From: an uncultured Gammaproteobacteria bacterium
GTDB lineage: Bacteria; Patescibacteriota; Microgenomatia; UBA8517
DNA: 64,000 nt
Assembly: GCA_964502815.1 (NCBI GenBank)
Contig: CAZCXV010000001.1
Location: 7,907 to 71,906, forward strand
Direction of reading: 5' to 3'
Part shown: piece by piece, positions 6,385 to 14,781 of the stretch
How positions within the stretch are numbered: position 1 is the stretch's first letter
Layout: every line of letters begins with the position of its first letter
Notes under the pieces: generated by a model
The model's input: the letters and a program-made list of their open reading frames with translations, nothing else
What the model was told of the DNA's origin: nothing
The model's database searches: none
Made by a program: the position numbers and the translations under genes

Positions 6385-9228
6385 CTAATATAGAACCAAC
6401 TGGAGTAATATGTTGGAATTTCCATCCAGTTGATCTGCGTATTTAATTAATTGTTTCACTCCTTTATTAAACCCAGAAAGAGTATCAGGTTTTAATTCAT
6501 AAACTGCTTTTACTACGCCACTTAATGAATCTACTGCATCAGGTCTCATCTTCACACCATCAAGAGCTTTATCTGAAAGCATTGCCAAATCATTAGTGTC
6601 CAATTTAAAAATACCATGAATTTTCTGGCCTTTTTTTAGAGCAGCTTTAACTATTGGATTGTTTGCACCTTTACGAATTACATTCGCAGGAGGCGCAACT
6701 TTTAACACTTTCGCCAGGTCAACAACAGGTACAATCATAACCACTGACATCCCAGCATCTCCATATCTCCCTTCAACAGCGTAGAAAAAGGCATTTTCTA
6801 CATCGGCTAGAGGGTTAATTAAACCTACTACATCCAAAGTCCCATGCATTTGTTCCAGCTTTGCCTCCGCCTCTCTGAGTTGTTGCAACTGCTCCGGACT
6901 AAGCATTATCTCTTGACATGAAACTAATTTCGGATCGATCATTCCCTGACACACCAACTTTTTTCCATCTTCAAAAACCAAATCTGCCTCCTGACCAATC
7001 GCTAAATCCGATATAACTCTTAAATCACTCGCTTCTACCGGATCAAGGTTTGTCTCTTCAACAAAACCACCTCTACCATCAGAGGTTCCAATTGTCCACC
7101 AGATTGTATTATCCTCACAGCTGGGTCCAGAGACTACTGTAATTTGTTCGCCTGTGTTTAAGGTAAATAGATTGTTAGCTGAAAATCTGGGATTATCACG
7201 CACAACGGTACTGGTATTTAGAGTTATTATATTTCCAAGCGCAATTGTTGAATTACTGTAACAAGAAACGTTACTTGGGTCAGGATATGGATTAAACGGT
7301 TTGTTTCTGTCTGGAGCACTATAATTCACCCCCTGGTTTAAACAAGATCTACCACCGTAACCAACAGGAGCAATTCCCCTTGGTTCCTCTCCGAAAGTAT
7401 CATACAGCCACTGCCTTTCTTCCTGCGTAAGATCAATTGGATTATACGCTCCAGGAATCATACTATGGGGACCCAGAGCCCCACTTGCACAAGTTTTTGC
7501 AACGAAAAGATCATCAACTGTCATATTACTTGTCTGATTTGGGCACCTGTGGCCACCAAAACCAACCGGGGCAATACCGGTATTTCCAAAAATCTCAAAC
7601 AGCCACTGTCTCTGATCCTGAGTTAATTCCTCTGGGTTATATCCTCCTGGAATAATTCCTCCAGGGCCAGTTTGTCCACTGCTGCAAACACTTGCCACAA
7701 AGTTATCCATAGCATTGTCATATGAATTTCCACATCTTTCTCCGCCGTAGCCGACAGAAGCAGTTCCCGAATTGCCAAAAATCTCAAACAGCCACTGCCT
7801 TTGATCTTGAGTCAGTTTTTCAGGAGGATAATTAGCAGCCAATATTCCTCCAGGGCCAGTTCCTTGTGGACAAGCTTTTGGAGAAATAACAATTGGCTCC
7901 AAGACAACCAACATGACTTCATTTGGAGTTGGTGATGGAGATGGAGATGTTGTGGGAGTTGGCTGTGGTGTTGGAATAGCGGTTGGAGTGGAAGAAGGAG
8001 TTGGTGTTGGTAGTGTATAAGTTAGTGTAAGTTTACCTGCATCTACTGAGTCCCAATTTAATGACCAAACTCTTCTATAGCTTGTACCACTTTGCAACTT
8101 TGCAATAACTGCCACATTGTTTCCTGATTGCCAGTTATCTCTATTTATTACCTGTTGGATACTGCTTGCAAGATTTGGTGTTGTATATTTTTGGGCGTAT
8201 GACCAGGTTGATAAAGCCCAGGGAATAGACGACGTAAGTACGCGACTAGATGGTGGATTAGTACTACTAAAGGCAACACTGTCATCTACATCCTCTGCTG
8301 ATAAATTAAGGGTCACTGGGCTGGTGTAACTGGTTCTTGAAGTTACTGTCAAATCAGCCTGCTGAATAATTGCTTCTTTGGGAATGTTAAAGTTGCAAAA
8401 GCGCCAACCTGCTGTCCATTTTGCACTACTGGTGTATGGACCTAAATACAAAGTACTGCTGTCATAATAGTACCCAGGGCGGTCAGATGCATCATCACAA
8501 GTTGTAAATGTAAGCATTGTCGATCCTTCTGGAGTAGGGGTAGTTGTTGGAACAGGGGTAGATGTTGGTGTTGCTGTCGGGGTTAGGGTAGGTGTGGGAG
8601 AAGCAGTTGGCGCTGACGTTGGGGAAATAGTTGGCGATGGAAGAATAGTGGGCGCAGGAGTTGTACCTGAATAAACTCCAGTTAGAATTACTTTATCTAT
8701 TTCTTTTTCTTCGGAAAGGCTGTCACTTACACCTGTAAATCTGATGTTAAAATTGGAATTTAAATATTTTTCTGGTAATAAATATTGTTCCTGGTGCCAG
8801 ATGTCGTCATTTCCGGAGCCCGCCGTCCAATAATAAATCTGGTTCCAGAAAGAACCATCAAAAATTTCAACTTTTAAATACTCACCGGCATCAAGATCAT
8901 TATCTACATACCTCCAAAAATTTAGGGTTACGTCAGAATATTGGCCTAAGTCCAAAGGTGAAGTTAAAAGTATCTTGCAGCCATCAAGCCGACAATAATC
9001 ACCATTGGCTACATCATTAGAGGAGGCTTGGCCAGGAATTTGTAACTCATCCGGGGACTCAGATGTAAAAGAGTATCTACCGGTTTGCGTCCATTTATTT
9101 AAATTATCAAACTCCTCAGAAAAAATAGTTACACCTGTAGACTGTGCTAAAATGTTGTTTCCAGAAAAAAACAGGAGGACTAAAAATGTGAAGAGAGAAA
9201 AGAAGATTAACTTTCTGTTTAACTTCAT
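6385..9228 (-). CDS. Secreted multi-domain surface protein with Pro/Thr-rich linkers and three Cys-containing ~55-aa tandem repeats
   Basis: Signal peptide MKLNRKLIFFSLFTFLVLLFFSGNNILAQS. There are two PT linkers (TTPAPTILPSPTISPTSAPTASPTPTLTPTATPTSTPVPTTTPTPEGS and LPTPTPSSTPTAIPTPQPTPTTSPSPSPTPN). Three repeats carry the motif YNPxxLTQ(D/E)(Q/E)RQWL(F/Y)(E/D)(I/T)FG...GxAPVG(Y/F)GG(x)RC. No C-terminal TM or sortase signal. Confidence 0.8.
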   Translation of the reverse strand: MKLNRKLIFFSLFTFLVLLFFSGNNILAQSTGVTIFSEEFDNLNKWTQTGRYSFTSESPDELQIPGQASSNDVANGDYCRLDGCKILLTSPLDLGQYSDVTLNFWRYVDNDLDAGEYLKVEIFDGSFWNQIYYWTAGSGNDDIWHQEQYLLPEKYLNSNFNIRFTGVSDSLSEEKEIDKVILTGVYSGTTPAPTILPSPTISPTSAPTASPTPTLTPTATPTSTPVPTTTPTPEGSTMLTFTTCDDASDRPGYYYDSSTLYLGPYTSSAKWTAGWRFCNFNIPKEAIIQQADLTVTSRTSYTSPVTLNLSAEDVDDSVAFSSTNPPSSRVLTSSIPWALSTWSYAQKYTTPNLASSIQQVINRDNWQSGNNVAVIAKLQSGTSYRRVWSLNWDSVDAGKLTLTYTLPTPTPSSTPTAIPTPQPTPTTSPSPSPTPNEVMLVVLEPIVISPKACPQGTGPGGILAANYPPEKLTQDQRQWLFEIFGNSGTASVGYGGERCGNSYDNAMDNFVASVCSSGQTGPGGIIPGGYNPEELTQDQRQWLFEIFGNTGIAPVGFGGHRCPNQTSNMTVDDLFVAKTCASGALGPHSMIPGAYNPIDLTQEERQWLYDTFGEEPRGIAPVGYGGRSCLNQGVNYSAPDRNKPFNPYPDPSNVSCYSNSTIALGNIITLNTSTVVRDNPRFSANNLFTLNTGEQITVVSGPSCEDNTIWWTIGTSDGRGGFVEETNLDPVEASDLRVISDLAIGQEADLVFEDGKKLVCQGMIDPKLVSCQEIMLSPEQLQQLREAEAKLEQMHGTLDVVGLINPLADVENAFFYAVEGRYGDAGMSVVMIVPVVDLAKVLKVAPPANVIRKGANNPIVKAALKKGQKIHGIFKLDTNDLAMLSDKALDGVKMRPDAVDSLSGVVKAVYELKPDTLSGFNKGVKQLIKYADQLDGNSNILLQLVLY
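7320..7900 (-). repeat. In-frame coding tandem repeat (3 units, ~165-180 bp each) within the secreted-protein gene
   Basis: DNA units recur around 7385-7440, 7595-7640 and 7775-7830 (ccactgcctttcttcctg / ccactgtctctgatcctg / ccactgcctttgatcttg). They encode the three ...RQWLF/YE... repeats. Confidence 0.7.
7905..8015 (-). repeat. Low-complexity Pro/Thr/Ser linker-coding region 2 (GGTGTTGG/GGAGTTGG-type DNA periodicity)
   Basis: Encodes LPTPTPSSTPTAIPTPQPTPTTSPSPSPTPN. Confidence 0.7.
8521..8660 (-). repeat. Low-complexity Pro/Thr/Ser linker-coding region 1
   Basis: Encodes TTPAPTILPSPTISPTSAPTASPTPTLTPTATPTSTPVPTTTPTPEGS. Confidence 0.7.
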
Positions 9229-9326
9229 ACTTACCTAACTAGGTAATAGTAATAGTCATTGTCACTATTAGCAATTCATATCGAATGTGAATCAATCCTG
9301 ATCTGAGCACAATTTTTTATCTAAAT

Positions 9327-9950
9327 TTATTTTCTTTTTGTCTCACTTTTTCGATTTACATCTTTTTCAATTAGTTTTCTAATATATTCCGAACGGGAAG
9401 TTTCTGATTTGGCTATTAAGTCGAGTTGATTTCTAAGGTTACTTGGCAAAATCAAAGTAAATCTACTTTCAAGCCAAACCTGCACACTTTCAAACGCCCA
9501 TGAAAGTTGTTCTTTTAAATCCTCGTCAGTATAGTCAACAATTAATAGTTTTGATTCTACTTCTCCAGCTCCAACAAGAAAAATATTACTGGTTTGTTTT
9601 TGATACTTAAGTGCAATTACCGGTTTTTTCCAAATCAATGATTGTTGGATTAACTGACCTATACTGGTACTGGAAACAGAAATTTCCATCACAGCCACAT
9701 CGGATCTAAAAAGGCTGTTTATCATTTTTTTGTAGTGATTCTTCCATTTATCACGGGGAAGAGTAAAAAGTGGCCCGTTGAAATCAAGAATCCAGCGCGA
9801 AGTTAATTCGTGTCCCAAACCTTCGATAGTTTTGCCAATTAATTGATAGTTTTTTCCAAATTCATCTAACTGACTAGGAGTGGCATTAAAAAACACCTTC
9901 ATTTGGTGAACTATTTTACAACAATTGTCAAGCTGCGCCTTTGCCGGCAA
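9327..9950 (-). CDS. Two-domain protein: N-terminal nucleoside-2-deoxyribosyltransferase/SLOG-like Rossmann domain fused to a C-terminal ribbon-helix-helix (CopG/Arc-like) DNA-binding domain
   Basis: The N-terminus follows the NDT-like pattern. It reads VFFNATPS...SDVAVMEISVSSTSIGQLIQQSLIWKKPVIAL, against iYLAGPfFs...sDvviAnld..DsGTafEiGyAyAlgKPVial. Gln sits at the position of the catalytic Glu. The C-terminus RFTLILPSNLRNQLDLIAKSETSRSEYIRKLIEKD is a classic beta-alpha-alpha RHH. The start could be the downstream Met (MKVFF, 9902). Confidence 0.55.
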   Translation of the reverse strand: MPAKAQLDNCCKIVHQMKVFFNATPSQLDEFGKNYQLIGKTIEGLGHELTSRWILDFNGPLFTLPRDKWKNHYKKMINSLFRSDVAVMEISVSSTSIGQLIQQSLIWKKPVIALKYQKQTSNIFLVGAGEVESKLLIVDYTDEDLKEQLSWAFESVQVWLESRFTLILPSNLRNQLDLIAKSETSRSEYIRKLIEKDVNRKSETKRK

Positions 9951-10617
9951 CCATCACCCAGGGGGTTTTAAGTAAAACTAAGACATCTAGAAGTATTGAT
10001 CTTTTCCTGGCATAGTAGGCGTCCATTTCTATTCTTTTGTCAAAAGCCACTTCACTTCGGCCCGATACTTGCCAAAAGCCGGTAATTCCAGGTCTTACTG
10101 TCAAAACATCTTTTAGTAAGTGCTTTTTTTCTGGAAATTTGGCAAACTGTTTTTCCAACTCCTCATGGTAATATGGCCTGGGGCCTACAATGCTCATTTC
10201 TCCTTTTAAGACATTAATAAGTTGGGGAATTTCATCAATTGAGTGCCTCCTGATAAATTTTCCCACTGGGGTAACTCTGGGATCATTCATAATTTTATAG
10301 TTGCCTCCTTTTTGTTGTTCTTCGTAGGCTTTTTTGAATCTGGGGTCAGTTTGTAAAAGTTGATAGGCATTAACTATCATTGACCTAAATTTATAGGCAT
10401 AGAAAAGCTTGCCAAGTCTACCTACCCTTTTTGGCGTATCTGCAAAAACTGGGCCTTGGGAAGTAAATTTTATAGCAAGGGCTGTAATTATGAGGATGGG
10501 AGAAAAAAGAATCAATAAAAATATTGATCCAGCTAGATCCATTATCCTTTTTGTTACCTCAAAAAACATAATTTGGGCAGAGAAATTATACCACGGTCTG
10601 CTATTCAGTATACTCAT
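9928..10617 (-). CDS. Initiating phosphoglycosyl transferase (bacterial sugar transferase family; WbaP/PglC-like polyprenyl-phosphate hexose-1-phosphate transferase)
   Basis: The N-terminus is hydrophobic. The C-terminal catalytic region reads FRSMIVNAY...DEIPQLINVLKGEMSIVGPRPY...RPGITGFWQVSGRS, which matches Bac_transf. Confidence 0.85.
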   Translation of the reverse strand: MSILNSRPWYNFSAQIMFFEVTKRIMDLAGSIFLLILFSPILIITALAIKFTSQGPVFADTPKRVGRLGKLFYAYKFRSMIVNAYQLLQTDPRFKKAYEEQQKGGNYKIMNDPRVTPVGKFIRRHSIDEIPQLINVLKGEMSIVGPRPYYHEELEKQFAKFPEKKHLLKDVLTVRPGITGFWQVSGRSEVAFDKRIEMDAYYARKRSILLDVLVLLKTPWVMVAGKGAA

Positions 10618-11689
10618 CGTGATACTGTTCTAGTTTCTTATACAAATCCTTCACCTTGCTCGTTTCACTCAGTGGACAAACTAAAAGTCCATTATGGGTA
10701 TCAATTACAGCCATATTTGACAATCCAATCACAGTAATGATTTTGCCTTTAGGGCCATAAATCAAGTTTTCTTGGGAGTCAAGAAAGGCGGTATCAGCTC
10801 CTCCTTCTACAATGGTAGTTTTAGTGTCAGTAATTAAAGACCGATAAAACCACTCCCAGGAAATTCCGATGTCTTCCCAACCCATATCACAAGCAATCGT
10901 TGCTCTCACGTTTCCGGGAAGTTTCTCAAAAATTCCATATTCTATCGAATCAGAGGTAAATTTATGGTATTCGCTTTTTAATACTTTATGCTGATCTTTA
11001 CTACCCCAAGCTTTAACAATTTTTTGTAAGCCTTCATAAATCTTTGGCTGGAATTCTTTATAGTAACCAAGCATTATATCTGTTTTCCAAACCCTGTAGC
11101 CAGTATTTATTAACCACTGTCTAGATTTAAATAGTTCATTGGCCACTTTCTCGTCTGGCTTTTCGACATGTTTTTCAATTTGCTTTATCTGAAAGCCATT
11201 TATCTTTTCTATCGTTTTTCCCAGTTTTACCCAACCATTGTGGACACTAGGGTATGATGGCTTGGCATCAACTGATACAATCAGGCCAGTTTTTTCCGCC
11301 ACTTCTCCTGCTGCCACAACGGCATTTAAAAATACAGATTCTTTGGCAATTAAATGCTTTGCCCAAGAAATAAGTACAGTTTCTCCGGGAAAATATTTAT
11401 TAACAACTGCAGTTGCCAAACCACAAGCTGCTAAAATATCCTTTCTTTCTGGTTCTGCAATGATATTAGTTCTGGGAATTTCTGGAGCTTGCCTTCGAAC
11501 ATATGAAACATATCTGTCTTCAGTGGAGACAAATATTTCCTCTGGGTCAAACTCTTTTCGAAATCTTTGATAGGTCATTTGGAAAAAAGATTTACCATTA
11601 ACTAAAGGTACGAAGGGCTTTGGGGTCGACTTACGACTTACGGGCCATAGCCTTGTTCCATGACCCCCGGCAAATATTACAACTTTCAT
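10601..11689 (-). CDS. Mannose-1-phosphate guanylyltransferase (GDP-mannose pyrophosphorylase) family nucleotidyltransferase
   Basis: N-terminus KVVIFAGGHGTRLWPVSRKSTPKPFVPL matches the ManC/CpsB signature. Confidence 0.8.
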   Translation of the reverse strand: MKVVIFAGGHGTRLWPVSRKSTPKPFVPLVNGKSFFQMTYQRFRKEFDPEEIFVSTEDRYVSYVRRQAPEIPRTNIIAEPERKDILAACGLATAVVNKYFPGETVLISWAKHLIAKESVFLNAVVAAGEVAEKTGLIVSVDAKPSYPSVHNGWVKLGKTIEKINGFQIKQIEKHVEKPDEKVANELFKSRQWLINTGYRVWKTDIMLGYYKEFQPKIYEGLQKIVKAWGSKDQHKVLKSEYHKFTSDSIEYGIFEKLPGNVRATIACDMGWEDIGISWEWFYRSLITDTKTTIVEGGADTAFLDSQENLIYGPKGKIITVIGLSNMAVIDTHNGLLVCPLSETSKVKDLYKKLEQYHDEYTE

Positions 11690-12765
11690 ATGTTTTTAAT
11701 TGCCTTAAGAAATTCTTTTTTAAATCTTTCTTTAGAAAATCTCTTAGCGTTTTCTATTATAATCTTAACACTAAACTTATATTCGTGAAAAGAGTTTAGT
11801 GTTTTAATTAAAGCATTTTTTTCTTGTTTGTCAAAAAATAGTCCCGTTTTGCCTTCAATTATAGTGTCCAGTGCTCCCCCACTTTTGTAAGCAATAACTG
11901 GCTTGCCAAAAGTTTGGGCTTCCACTGCAGTTAAGCCAAAATCTTCATTTTGAGGAAAAATTAAGGCTTTACAGTTTTGATAATAGAAAGACAAATCCTC
12001 TTCTTCTACATAACCTGTAAAGTAAATATTGGATTTTGCCATATATTTTAGTCTCTCTTCTTGGCTTCCTGTACCAACAACCACTAGAGGCAGTTCTAAC
12101 TCATTAAATGCTTCAACTACTAAATCAACCTTTTTATAAGGGACAAGTCTGGAAACAACTAAAAAGTAGTCTTTTGGCACATCTGATGTTTTATTCTTTT
12201 CATCCGTTTTCAATCCTTCAACTGGAGGAAAAATTACTACCGAATCCCTGCCGTAATATTTTTTAGTTCTTTTCTGAACTTCTGTTGAAATTGCAATAAT
12301 TTTATCAGGTCTTGCAGCTGCAATTTTGTCCCATCTTTTTAGATAGTTAATTAACGGCCTGGTGACAACCTGCAGGGTCTCACCCTGCAGGTACTCATTG
12401 TAATGGCTCCACAAATATCTGGTTGGAGTAAGAAGATAGCATATATGCTTTGTTGGAGGTTTGGTGATTATACCTTTGGCAGCTTCTGAAGTAACCGAGA
12501 TTACTAAATCATATTGATCAAAATTGAACTGCTCAAAGGCAATTGGCATAAGCAGTGGATAAAACTCGTGCTTGTCTTTAGCGAAAGGAAAACGCTGTAA
12601 AAACGAAGTAAAGACTTTTGGAAATACTAAGGCCCATTTAGCCCTATCGGAATTATAAACAGAGGTGTAAAGAGGTGCGTCGGGAAACATATCATGCAAG
12701 GCAAGTAAAACTCTCTCCGCTCCACCCCATTTGTTTACCCGGTCATAGACTATTGATACCTTCAT
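11686..12765 (-). CDS. Glycosyltransferase family 4 (GT-B); carries one in-frame copy of the 23-bp palindrome
   Basis: C-terminal GT4 motif EDFGLTAVEAQTFGKPVIAYKSGGALDTI. The palindrome encodes YLQGETLQV. Confidence 0.85.
   Translation of the reverse strand: MKVSIVYDRVNKWGGAERVLLALHDMFPDAPLYTSVYNSDRAKWALVFPKVFTSFLQRFPFAKDKHEFYPLLMPIAFEQFNFDQYDLVISVTSEAAKGIITKPPTKHICYLLTPTRYLWSHYNEYLQGETLQVVTRPLINYLKRWDKIAAARPDKIIAISTEVQKRTKKYYGRDSVVIFPPVEGLKTDEKNKTSDVPKDYFLVVSRLVPYKKVDLVVEAFNELELPLVVVGTGSQEERLKYMAKSNIYFTGYVEEEDLSFYYQNCKALIFPQNEDFGLTAVEAQTFGKPVIAYKSGGALDTIIEGKTGLFFDKQEKNALIKTLNSFHEYKFSVKIIIENAKRFSKERFKKEFLKAIKNI
12369..12391. repeat. 23-bp perfect hairpin palindrome CCTGCAGGGT-CTC-ACCCTGCAGG, in frame inside GT4 gene 11686..12765 (copy 1 of 3)
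   Basis: Arms 10/10 complementary. GC-rich in an AT-rich background. Near-identical copies at 27870..27892 and 31526..31548. Confidence 0.85.
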
Positions 12766-13877
12766 GAAAGAACACTATTGTATACCTCCAAAGTTTCCTG
12801 AGCCATCTTTTTCCAGGAGTAATTACTTACAAACTTTTTGGCTTTTGCGATTATTTCTTTTCTTCTTGGCTCGCTCATTTCTTTGGCAATTTCCATTTTT
12901 CTGGCAATATCTGAAAAATCAAAAGGATTAAAGTAAATTGCATTGTCTTTATAAATTTCTTTGAAAACAGGAATTTCTGATGCTAAAAGTAAAGTTTCTG
13001 ATGTCATTGCTTCAAGTCCTTGGAGTCCAAAGCCTTCCATAATAGATGGATAAACAAAAGCAATCGAGTTTTTATAGAGCACTGCTATCTCTTCGTCTGG
13101 CACAAAACCAAGAAGCTTGACATTATCTTTGGCGTGCAAATCGCCTACTAATTTTTGCAGTCTTTCTAAAAAGACGTCTCTCGCGCCAGATATTGCCAAT
13201 GTACTTCGTGATTGGACAACTGCTTCAATTGCTCTTTTTAAGTTTTTGTGAGGATAGGCATTTCCGATATACAGGAAATATTTCCTTGGTTCAAGATTGT
13301 ACTTAGTCAGTATTTCCCTATCATTGTTTTTTTCTTTTATGCCAGGCAAATCAACGCCTTCGTAAGTAACAAACACTTTTTTGGGATCAAGTTTGTAAGT
13401 TTTTATGACATCTTCTTTTACAAAGTTTGAAGGAACAATAATTGCTGCAGCTTTTTTAACAGCTTCCAAAAATACTTTTTTGTAGCCAAGTCTTTTAAGA
13501 TAGTAAAATGCCGGGTTTAAAGTTGTCGCCTCAAGGCCTTTTTGCCGGTGCATGAGTAAATCATGAATTGTCACCACCAATTTCCCTTTAAACCTAATTG
13601 GGACATTGAAATGCAAAAAGTGGCTAAGATCTGGCTTTTCAGCCAAGATTATCTTTGGTAGTAACAGTTGTTCTCCCAATGAATAATGTTGAAAGTCAGC
13701 CAGTACTTTCTTAAAGTTTTTTGGTAAAACCAATTCTTCAAAGTATTTCTTCCTAAGAAGAAGTACATAGTCATTAGCTTTGTCTAATTTCGCAAGTTGG
13801 TCTATTAAGTTGACTGCATATCTACCAAGTCCAGCATTTTCAAGTCCATAGAGCCTGGCATCAATTAGGATCTTCAT
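12762..13877 (-). CDS. Glycosyltransferase family 4
   Basis: SIMEGFGLQGLEAM motif. 371 aa. Confidence 0.85.
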   Translation of the reverse strand: MKILIDARLYGLENAGLGRYAVNLIDQLAKLDKANDYVLLLRKKYFEELVLPKNFKKVLADFQHYSLGEQLLLPKIILAEKPDLSHFLHFNVPIRFKGKLVVTIHDLLMHRQKGLEATTLNPAFYYLKRLGYKKVFLEAVKKAAAIIVPSNFVKEDVIKTYKLDPKKVFVTYEGVDLPGIKEKNNDREILTKYNLEPRKYFLYIGNAYPHKNLKRAIEAVVQSRSTLAISGARDVFLERLQKLVGDLHAKDNVKLLGFVPDEEIAVLYKNSIAFVYPSIMEGFGLQGLEAMTSETLLLASEIPVFKEIYKDNAIYFNPFDFSDIARKMEIAKEMSEPRRKEIIAKAKKFVSNYSWKKMAQETLEVYNSVLS

Positions 13878-14767
13878 TTTACAATTATCCTCTTAATGTT
13901 TCTCACTATCTTCATTAGCCTTATTGCAAAAAACACCAAATAATTTAAAACTGCTGGATATTTGTCCCACAAAAACTTTCGGTAAAAAATAGCCATTGAT
14001 TCAACTCCTGTTCCGCTAAAAACATTCTTCACTTTCTTTTTGGTTTGTTTTTTAAGATGGATAATTGAAACTTTTGGAAAGTAAATTATTTTGTAGCCAG
14101 CTTGCTTTATTTTATATGAAAGGTCAATATCTTCCCCATCCAAGAAATATTCCTCACTAAACCAACCAACTTCATCAAGTACTTTTTTTGGCGCCATACA
14201 ATAAGCTCCCTGCAAAACATCTATCTCATGCGTGGTGTCAGCTGACAGATAGCCATACCAATATTTAGAGAAAGCTTTTGATTTTGGAAACAGTCTATCG
14301 AGTCCTGAAAAGTGAGTCAAGGCAACCCAAGGCGTAGGGAAAGATCTTCTAGCATCTTTATCTAAACTGCCATCGGGCAAGATTGTTTTACAGGTCAAGG
14401 CGCCAACATTCGGATGGTCTTCTAAATACTTAATGCTTTCTTTTAGGGTGTCTGGATTCATTAAGGTGTCGCTATTGAGAAACAAAATATATCTTCCAAT
14501 GCAGAAGTCTTTAGCAGCATTATTACCTTTGGCAAAACCCAGGTTTGCATTGTTTTTTACCAGCTTGATTTCTGGCTTGACAGTTTTTTCTATCAATTTT
14601 TCTACTTCTTCTATAGAGCCGTCTATCGAGCCATTGTCCACCAAAAGTACTTCAAAATTAAGCTCATCTTTGACTTTTATCAATGAATTCAGGCAGTTTA
14701 AAGTTACATCTTTAGTGTTGTAGTTTAAAACTATTACTGAAAGAGCTGGGTTGGATTTTTTTTCCAT
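13874..14767 (-). CDS. Glycosyltransferase family 2
   Basis: LSVIVLNYNTKDVTLNCLNSL...VDNGSIDGS and DxD-region motifs. Confidence 0.85.
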   Translation of the reverse strand: MEKKSNPALSVIVLNYNTKDVTLNCLNSLIKVKDELNFEVLLVDNGSIDGSIEEVEKLIEKTVKPEIKLVKNNANLGFAKGNNAAKDFCIGRYILFLNSDTLMNPDTLKESIKYLEDHPNVGALTCKTILPDGSLDKDARRSFPTPWVALTHFSGLDRLFPKSKAFSKYWYGYLSADTTHEIDVLQGAYCMAPKKVLDEVGWFSEEYFLDGEDIDLSYKIKQAGYKIIYFPKVSIIHLKKQTKKKVKNVFSGTGVESMAIFYRKFLWDKYPAVLNYLVFFAIRLMKIVRNIKRIIVK

Positions 14768-14781
14768 AAGCTTAAGGGTAA

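Noticed and set aside
9230-9246. TACCTA/TAGGTA inverted repeats at 9230-9246 (just upstream of the secreted-protein ATG) and at 25-47 (inside the ftsL-like start)
   Set aside because: Six- to seven-bp arms occur frequently by chance. The two sites have different spacers and contexts. Kept only as a candidate operator for the RHH protein, not as a called feature.
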